Shown in pieces: positions 25,248-32,000 of a stretch of 32,000 nt of DNA. The notes beneath the pieces were generated by a model. The model saw only the letters and a list, made by a program, of their open reading frames with translations. It was not told where the DNA came from and did no database searches. This DNA is from Blochmannia endosymbiont of Camponotus modoc (GTDB lineage Bacteria; Pseudomonadota; Gammaproteobacteria; Enterobacterales; Enterobacteriaceae), in assembly GCF_023585785.1 (NCBI RefSeq), contig NZ_CP097765.1:690001-722000 (forward strand). The letters are read 5' to 3'. Position numbers and translations under genes: made by a program. Numbering within the stretch: position 1 is the first letter of the stretch; every line of letters begins with the position of its first letter.

Positions 25248-26378
25248 ATGAATAATATTACGAACATTGTTCGTCGAAAATCTACACGTATTTATATTGG
25301 CAATGTTCCTATTGGAGATGGCGCTCCTATTGCGGTACAATCCATGGTAAATACTCGTACTACAAATATTGTAGAAACAGTTACTCAAATTAACGCCCTA
25401 AAAAAAGCAGGGGTAGATATTGTCCGAATATCGATACCTACTATGGATGCGGCTGAAGCTTTCAAAATAATTAAACGAAAAGTAATTAATATTCCATTAG
25501 TAGCAGATATTCATTTTGATTATCGAATTGCATTGAAAGTAGCTGAGTACGGAGCAGATTGCTTGCGTATCAATCCTGGTAACATCGGGAACAATAAACG
25601 TATTCGATCTGTAGTGCATTGTGCTCAAGATAAAAATATATCTATTCGTATTGGTGTAAATTCTGGATCTCTTGAGCGTGATTTACAAAAAAAGTATGAC
25701 GGAAATCCAACAGAACATGTATTATTAGAATCAGCAATGAGACACGTAGATATTTTAGATAAATTAAACTTTCATCAATTTAAAGTTAGCGTTAAATCTT
25801 CTGATGTGCTAATAACAATACAAGCCTACCGCGCATTAGCATCAAAAATAGATCAACCATTACATATAGGCCTTACTGAAGCCGGAGCTTTACGTAATGG
25901 GACAGTAAAATCTGCAATGGCTGTAGGTTTCTTATTAAACGAAGGCATCGGGGATACAATACGTATATCATTAGCTACAGACCCTATAGAAGAAGTTAAG
26001 GTGGCATTTGATATTTTAAGAGCTTTGAAAATTCGTGCTCATGGTATTAATTTTATAGCTTGTCCAGGATGTGCGCGACAAGAATTTAACGTAATCAATG
26101 TAGTTAATGCGTTAGAAGAAAAAGTAAGTGATATTACAACGCCTATGGATGTATCTATTATTGGATGTGTGGTTAACGGACCAGGAGAAGCATTAAAATC
26201 AACCATTGGTGTTGCCGGTGCACGTAATAAAAGTGGTATATATGAAGATGGTATACGACAACAAAAACGCTGCGATAATATATCAATAGTTGAAGAATTA
26301 GAACGTCGTATTCGAGCTAAATCTAAATTATTAAATCAAAATAACCCACGACACTGCCCTATCACATATCATAAATAA
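25248..26378 (+). CDS. ispG: 4-hydroxy-3-methylbut-2-en-1-yl diphosphate synthase
   Basis: 376 aa. [39 protein letters not shown] and CVVNGPGEA. Confidence 0.97.
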   Translation: MNNITNIVRRKSTRIYIGNVPIGDGAPIAVQSMVNTRTTNIVETVTQINALKKAGVDIVRISIPTMDAAEAFKIIKRKVINIPLVADIHFDYRIALKVAEYGADCLRINPGNIGNNKRIRSVVHCAQDKNISIRIGVNSGSLERDLQKKYDGNPTEHVLLESAMRHVDILDKLNFHQFKVSVKSSDVLITIQAYRALASKIDQPLHIGLTEAGALRNGTVKSAMAVGFLLNEGIGDTIRISLATDPIEEVKVAFDILRALKIRAHGINFIACPGCARQEFNVINVVNALEEKVSDITTPMDVSIIGCVVNGPGEALKSTIGVAGARNKSGIYEDGIRQQKRCDNISIVEELERRIRAKSKLLNQNNPRHCPITYHK

Positions 26379-26391
26379 TCGAAGATTACAA

Positions 26392-27699
26392 ATGCTTAAA
26401 TATGATAAAAATATCCAATCTATCCGCGGTATGCATGATTATTTGCCGAAAGATACGATTCTATGGCAATACATAGAAAATATACTTATAACTATATTAA
26501 ACAGTTACGGATACAAGGAGATTAGATTTCCTATTATTGAAGACACAAATTTATTCAAACGTTCAATCGGAGAAGTAACAGATGTAATAGAAAAAGAAAT
26601 GTATAATTTTACTGATCGTAACGGTAATAATTTAACGTTACGTCCAGAGGGAACATCTGGATGCGTTCGAGCAGGTATTAAGCATGGTCTGTTTTATCAC
26701 CAAGAACAACGTCTGTGGTATATTGGTCCGATGTTTCGCTATGAACGTCCTCAAAAAGGACGCTATAGACAATTTCATCAATTTAGTGCTGAAGCTTTTG
26801 GTCAAATAGGACCCGACATAGATGCTGAGTTAATTTTAATTACTGCTCGTTGTTGGAAAGAATTAGGAATTAATCATCATTTATCTTTAGAATTAAATTC
26901 AATTGGCTCTTTATCATCTAGAATAAATTATCGTAAAAAATTAATAACTTTTTTAGAAAAAAATTTAAACAACTTGGACAACAATGCTCTACGACGTTTA
27001 TACTCTAATCCATTGCGCATCTTAGATACCAAAAATGCTAAAACTAAAGAATTACTACTTAATGCGCCTATATTAAGCGATCACTTAGATGATGATTCAC
27101 GTGTTCATTTTTCCGAATTATGTCAATTATTAAATCTCTTAGGAGTGTCGTACAGGGTTAATCCGTATCTAGTACGCGGTTTAGATTATTATAACAAAAC
27201 CGTTTTTGAATGGGTTACTGATAGTTTAGGAGTAAAAAAAACTATTTGTGCTGGTGGTCGTTACGATGAATTAGTCCAAGAATTAGGAGGGTATTCAGTA
27301 CCTGCGATAGGATTTTCCATAGGATTAGAACGTGTAATATTATTAATGCAAGAAATTAACAATATTACCATTTTAAATAAAAATATATATATTGATGTAT
27401 ATTTAATTAGTATAGGAGATAATTCTCGAAAACACGCAATGTTATTATCTGAAAATATTCGCTCAACATTACCATCGCTTCGATTAATGGTACATCATGG
27501 AGGAGGTGACATAAAAAAACAATTTTATTGTGCTAATAAACATAAACCACAAATCATATTAATCATGAACGAAAAGAATGTTCTTGAAAAAACGATTATT
27601 TTAAAAAATTTACAATCAAAAACTCAAGAAATATTAAAACATGATGCAGTTTCCGAAAGATTAAAAAATATACTACATATTACATGCAATTCTACTTGA
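26392..27699 (+). CDS. hisS: Histidyl-tRNA synthetase
   Basis: 435 aa. [40 protein letters not shown] and [15 protein letters not shown]. Confidence 0.98.
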   Translation: MLKYDKNIQSIRGMHDYLPKDTILWQYIENILITILNSYGYKEIRFPIIEDTNLFKRSIGEVTDVIEKEMYNFTDRNGNNLTLRPEGTSGCVRAGIKHGLFYHQEQRLWYIGPMFRYERPQKGRYRQFHQFSAEAFGQIGPDIDAELILITARCWKELGINHHLSLELNSIGSLSSRINYRKKLITFLEKNLNNLDNNALRRLYSNPLRILDTKNAKTKELLLNAPILSDHLDDDSRVHFSELCQLLNLLGVSYRVNPYLVRGLDYYNKTVFEWVTDSLGVKKTICAGGRYDELVQELGGYSVPAIGFSIGLERVILLMQEINNITILNKNIYIDVYLISIGDNSRKHAMLLSENIRSTLPSLRLMVHHGGGDIKKQFYCANKHKPQIILIMNEKNVLEKTIILKNLQSKTQEILKHDAVSERLKNILHITCNST

Positions 27700-28049
27700 T
27701 AATAAGTGATCACAAAAATGATATGAATTTTTCTATAAAATAAAATATCATTAATATTTAACGCATCTTAATAGATTTGAAGAATATACATGAAATTAAA
27801 ATTATGACGATACAGATGAAAACTATTTAAACATTAATCTATTTATACTTATTTATACATACGTGCAAAAGATAAAAATCTAATCTTTCAGCAATCAATG
27901 AGGGCTATTTGCTGGCATTTGTAGTGATTATAATTATACTTTAACCATTCAATAATTACTCAAAACAGAAATAACTTTATTGTGTTATTTAAGACTAATA
28001 TTATGTATGTTTATTTATATACAACCACTTATTTATGGATAATTAAATA

Positions 28050-29465
28050 ATGCTACCTATCATCACGCTAATTGGGCAAAAAAATGTAGGTAAATCTACT
28101 TTATTCAATAAATTAACACATACACATGATGCTTTAATATCTACTTATCCAGGATTAACGCGAGATCGACAATATGGTTATTTTCAATGCAAACAATTTA
28201 AATCTATTCTTATTGATACTGGGGGTATTGATAAATTTTGTAGTACAAAAACAAAAAATATTCAAAGTTATGTAACCTATCAAACAACTCTCGCAATGCA
28301 AGAAGCTGATATTCTATTATTTGTTATGGATAGACACTCTGTAGGAACATCTATAAATTATGATATTTTTAATTTTCTAAAAAAAATAAAAAAAAACATA
28401 TTTGTTGTCATTAATAAAATTGATAACATCCCACATCATATACATACCACGATGTGGGATTATTGTTCTTTTGGTATAAAAAATATTATCTTTATTTCAG
28501 CGATTCATGGGCATGGAATTGATAATTTATTAGAAAATATATCTTCATTAATTTCAAAAAATATATTTTTTTACAAAAATAAAATACCTGAAAGTAATAT
28601 AAATAACACTATTTATCAAAACCACATCATTAATCCGTCATTTAATAAAGTAGATTCTGCTATCGCAATAGCTGTTGTAGGACGTCCTAATTCCGGTAAA
28701 TCTACTTTTGTCAATCATATTTTAGGAGAAACTCGTATGATTGCTTGTAACACACCAGGAACTACTCGAAATTGCGTTCATACGCCTACAATATATGACA
28801 AACAAAAATACATATTGATTGATACAGCAGGCGTACAAAAAAGCAAAAGAATAGATAATGTAGCGGAGCAAATTTCTATTCTAAAAACATTTCAAATTAT
28901 TAAGACCGCGCACATCCTATTATTCATAGGAGATGCAAATATTGGGATATCTGACCAAGATTTACATTTGTTACGATTTATCCTAAATAATGGTAAAACA
29001 TTAATAATCGTTATTAACAAATGGGATTTGATATCTCCAGATTTGCGTGATACAATTAAAAAAAATTTATACGAAAAAATTAATTTTATTAGTTTTGCTC
29101 AAATACATTTTATTTCGGCATTGTACGGAAACGGAATTAAAACATTATTTCAAACAATCAAAGCAACAAACTTGCGGGCTCGTTATACAAAAACCATCAA
29201 TACCGCACATTTAATTCGAACATTGCACGCTGCAATCGCTAAATGTCCACCTCCATTTTTACAAGGTAAAAGAATTAAACCCAAATATATTCATGTCGGA
29301 CAACATGAACCATTGACTCTGATTATTCATGGCACTCACGTCAGCAAATTACCTGATGATTATAAACGATATCTAAAAAAACATTTTTATCGTATGTTAA
29401 ACATCACAGGTATTTTATTACACATTCAATTTAAAGATAATATTAATCCATTTATTAACAAATAA
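28050..29465 (+). CDS. der: Ribosome-associated GTPase Der (EngA)
   Basis: 471 aa with two tandem G domains: GQKNVGKSTLFNKL/DTGG/NKID and GRPNSGKSTFVNHI/DTAGVQK/NKWD. C-terminal KH-like domain. Confidence 0.95.
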   Translation: MLPIITLIGQKNVGKSTLFNKLTHTHDALISTYPGLTRDRQYGYFQCKQFKSILIDTGGIDKFCSTKTKNIQSYVTYQTTLAMQEADILLFVMDRHSVGTSINYDIFNFLKKIKKNIFVVINKIDNIPHHIHTTMWDYCSFGIKNIIFISAIHGHGIDNLLENISSLISKNIFFYKNKIPESNINNTIYQNHIINPSFNKVDSAIAIAVVGRPNSGKSTFVNHILGETRMIACNTPGTTRNCVHTPTIYDKQKYILIDTAGVQKSKRIDNVAEQISILKTFQIIKTAHILLFIGDANIGISDQDLHLLRFILNNGKTLIIVINKWDLISPDLRDTIKKNLYEKINFISFAQIHFISALYGNGIKTLFQTIKATNLRARYTKTINTAHLIRTLHAAIAKCPPPFLQGKRIKPKYIHVGQHEPLTLIIHGTHVSKLPDDYKRYLKKHFYRMLNITGILLHIQFKDNINPFINK

Positions 29466-29560
29466 AAATATGTCATATTAACACACACAGATGCAACGAA
29501 AACAACTGACATTTATATAGAATTATAGAATTGAAAAAAAATCAGCAAACATATTGAGCT

Positions 29561-31120
29561 TTAACGATCTATTGCTTCTATATAATTTAATTTCAAAGCA
29601 TTACAAGTATATTGTCTAATTTTATTTACTAATATAAGATCACCATTTAAACTCTTAGTATATGACGGGATCATATCTATAAGTTTATTTTTCCACACAT
29701 CACTATTAATTTTATTATTAAACATTGTATCCAAAAGTTGCAATATTATTGAAACTACAGTAGATGCTCCCGGAGATGCGCCAAGAAGTGCCGATAAAGT
29801 ACCATCACTAGAATTAACTACCTCTGTTCCAAATTGTAACATACCTCTCTTGTTGCTATTTCTTTTAATAATTTGAACACGTTGTCCTGCTGTTACTAAA
29901 GTCCAATCTGACGGGTTAACTGCCGGATAGTATTCCCTAAGCTCATCAATACGGTCCATGTTTGACATAACTAACTGACTGATTAAATACTTAATCAAAT
30001 CAAAATTATCTATCCCAACTTGCAAAATTGGAATAATATTATGCTTATTTAAAGAATGAAATAAATCTAGCCATGATCCATATTTTAAAAATTTACTGCT
30101 GAAAGTTGCAAATGGGCCAAACAACAAAATCTTCTCACCATTCAATATTCTAGTATCTATATGAGGTACTGACATTGGAGGCGTGTTAACAGATGCTTTT
30201 CCATACACTTTAGCTAAATGTTGTGCAACTATCTTCGGATTTTTTGTGACTAAAAACTGACCTCCTACCGGAAATCCAGCGTATCCACAAACTTCTGGAA
30301 CTCCAGAACTTTGCAAAAGACTAAGAGATCTTCCTCCGGCTCCTATAAAAACATAATTTGTACGAATACATTTTTTGTGGTTACACCGTCGATCAATTAC
30401 ATGTACATCCCAAGTTGCATCGTTATTATTCTGTACAGATCTAACATCATGCTGTAAATACATTTTAAAATTTACATTTTTTTTCAATTCATTCAATAAT
30501 TGTTGAGTAAGTGCTCCAAAATTAACATCTGTACCCATCTCCATGCGAGTAGCGGCTATTTTCTGCGATACATTACGTCCGTCAATAATAAGAGGAGCCC
30601 ACTGACGAATTTGCTGTAAATCTTCCGAATATACCATACCACTAAACAAAACACTATTTAGCAATGCTTGAAAGCGTTTTTTTAAAAAACAAACGTTTTC
30701 TTCTCCCCATACAAAACTCATATGCGGTACATTATTAATAAAGGAACTCGGATATTTAAGTACTTTTATTTGTACTAAATATGCCCAAAATTGCCGCGAT
30801 ATTTCAAATGCTTCATTAACAGCAATAGCCTTTGAAATATCAACAGAACAATTTTTATTATTATATTGGGTATAGTTCAGCTCGCAAAATGCTGCATGTC
30901 CTGTACCAGCGTTATTCCATACATTAGAGCTTTCCTGTGCTGGCTGATTAAGACGCTCATATATATGAATTCTCCAAGTTGGCTCAAGAATTGTTAAGAA
31001 CATACCAAAAGTTGCGCTCATAATCCCAGCTCCGATTAGCACCACGTCTGCTGAAGATGTAATTTTAATCAATCGATGTTGTTGATTTATAACAGCAACA
31101 TTACTCATATAATTACTCAA
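29561..31120 (-). CDS. mqo: Malate:quinone oxidoreductase
   Basis: 519 aa. VVLIGAGIMSATFGMFL, ESSNVWNNAGTGHAAFCELNYT, FPVGGQFLV, GTEVVNSSDGTLSALLGASPGASTVVSIILQLL. Confidence 0.95.
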   Translation of the reverse strand: MSNYMSNVAVINQQHRLIKITSSADVVLIGAGIMSATFGMFLTILEPTWRIHIYERLNQPAQESSNVWNNAGTGHAAFCELNYTQYNNKNCSVDISKAIAVNEAFEISRQFWAYLVQIKVLKYPSSFINNVPHMSFVWGEENVCFLKKRFQALLNSVLFSGMVYSEDLQQIRQWAPLIIDGRNVSQKIAATRMEMGTDVNFGALTQQLLNELKKNVNFKMYLQHDVRSVQNNNDATWDVHVIDRRCNHKKCIRTNYVFIGAGGRSLSLLQSSGVPEVCGYAGFPVGGQFLVTKNPKIVAQHLAKVYGKASVNTPPMSVPHIDTRILNGEKILLFGPFATFSSKFLKYGSWLDLFHSLNKHNIIPILQVGIDNFDLIKYLISQLVMSNMDRIDELREYYPAVNPSDWTLVTAGQRVQIIKRNSNKRGMLQFGTEVVNSSDGTLSALLGASPGASTVVSIILQLLDTMFNNKINSDVWKNKLIDMIPSYTKSLNGDLILVNKIRQYTCNALKLNYIEAIDR

Positions 31121-31724
31121 ATAATAGTATACTTAACGTATTTAGTTACCGTAATAAAAACAAAAAACTTTTAATAACATGCAATTTATACACCACACAA
31201 AAACCCTTATAATTAGGACCACATCTTAATAAAGAAATAAAAAATAAATTCCAAAAAAACAATTAAAAACAACATTAAATCATATTTTTAACGTTTAATA
31301 CAAATAACATAATTAAAATAATAATTTTATTTTAACAAAAACTTAACTGTTGACGTTTCATGGATACATAATACACTTACAACTAATACCATATCAATTA
31401 CACATAACTTTAACAAAATTCTATAATGATTAATTTTTATAAATTGTATTCTAAACTTGATTAATTACATAATTTATGATAGAACTAACACCGTTAGGTG
31501 TTAAAGAAATATAATATAACCCACATAATTATAGTCTACAGTGTGCTGTTCCTTGTTCTTCTAGAATTAGTTTGCTGGTGTTCGGGGTTTGGTTTTGGTT
31601 TGGTGTCTGTGTTTTAGTGTGCTTTAAATAAAAAAATTTCTTGGTACTGGAAGGTATGGTGATGAAATCGAATTGCCATCGTAGCAGTGTCGCTATTGTA
31701 GTTTAGGGTGTACTGATAATTGTA

Positions 31725-32000
31725 ATGTTGACTTTTGTTAAAGAGGCTTTGACTTTTGATGATGTGTTGATCGTTCCGTCTCGTTCGAGAGTACTTCCTG
31801 CGGAGACGATTTTAAAAAGTTTTTTGACTAATGCTGTTTCTTTGAACATTCCTATTGTATCATCGGCGATGGATACAGTGACTGAGGCAAGTTTAGCTAT
31901 TGCTTTAGCGCAAGAAGGCGGGGTGGGTTTTATTCATAAAAATATGTCTTTGGATCAACAGATTAATGAGGTGCGTCGGGTTAAACGTTATGAAAGTGGA
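31725..32000 (+). CDS. guaB: IMP dehydrogenase, N-terminal part (truncated by window end)
   Basis: ATG 31725 gives [92 protein letters not shown], open to 32000. This matches GuaB residues 1-92. Confidence 0.96.
   Translation, partial: MLTFVKEALTFDDVLIVPSRSRVLPAETILKSFLTNAVSLNIPIVSSAMDTVTEASLAIALAQEGGVGFIHKNMSLDQQINEVRRVKRYESG

Noticed and set aside
24343-25388. ORFs 24343..24705(-), 24799..25035(-), 25107..25388(-)
   Set aside because: Antisense to rlmN and to the start of ispG; no recognisable domains.
31541-31724. Possible remnant of xseA divergent from guaB
   Set aside because: The reverse strand translates to short fragments (TKPKPNPEHQQTNSRRTRNS) with no convincing XseA similarity; left as non-coding.

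Overview
The window looks like a reduced, AT-rich gammaproteobacterial endosymbiont chromosome segment. The overall pattern resembles Blochmannia-type insect symbionts, but that is inference and not proven from this window. It opens inside a 16S rRNA gene, at the position matching E. coli ~341. This is followed by tRNA-Glu(UUC) and 23S rRNA, in an arrangement resembling E. coli rrnG, but with no adjacent 5S. Next come pssA, emrE-like, ssrA (tmRNA), smpB, ratA, bamE, nadK, grpE, ung, lepA, lepB, rnc, pdxJ, acpS, tadA, glyA, suhB, iscS, ndk, rlmN, ispG, hisS, der, mqo and the start of guaB. Many neighbours of these genes in E. coli (era, recO, recN, iscR/iscU/hscBA/fdx, rodZ, bamB) are missing, often with long non-coding gaps in their place. 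I see no CRISPR array, phage, transposon, toxin-antitoxin or defence system, and no convincing new multi-gene system. The most interesting signals are: (1) an intact suhB ORF that has lost most inositol-monophosphatase metal-binding residues; (2) an abrupt reversal of strand composition near 31.54 kb, a possible replication-strand switch; (3) an AT-rich expansion in 23S helix 45; (4) an iscS lacking both its IscU-interacting C-terminal tail and the iscU neighbourhood; (5) a 25-bp perfect inverted repeat around 23S and a 40-nt perfect hairpin between grpE and ung; (6) a 14-codon tmRNA tag; (7) a tRNA-Glu without encoded CCA and with a tandem duplication at its 3' end.
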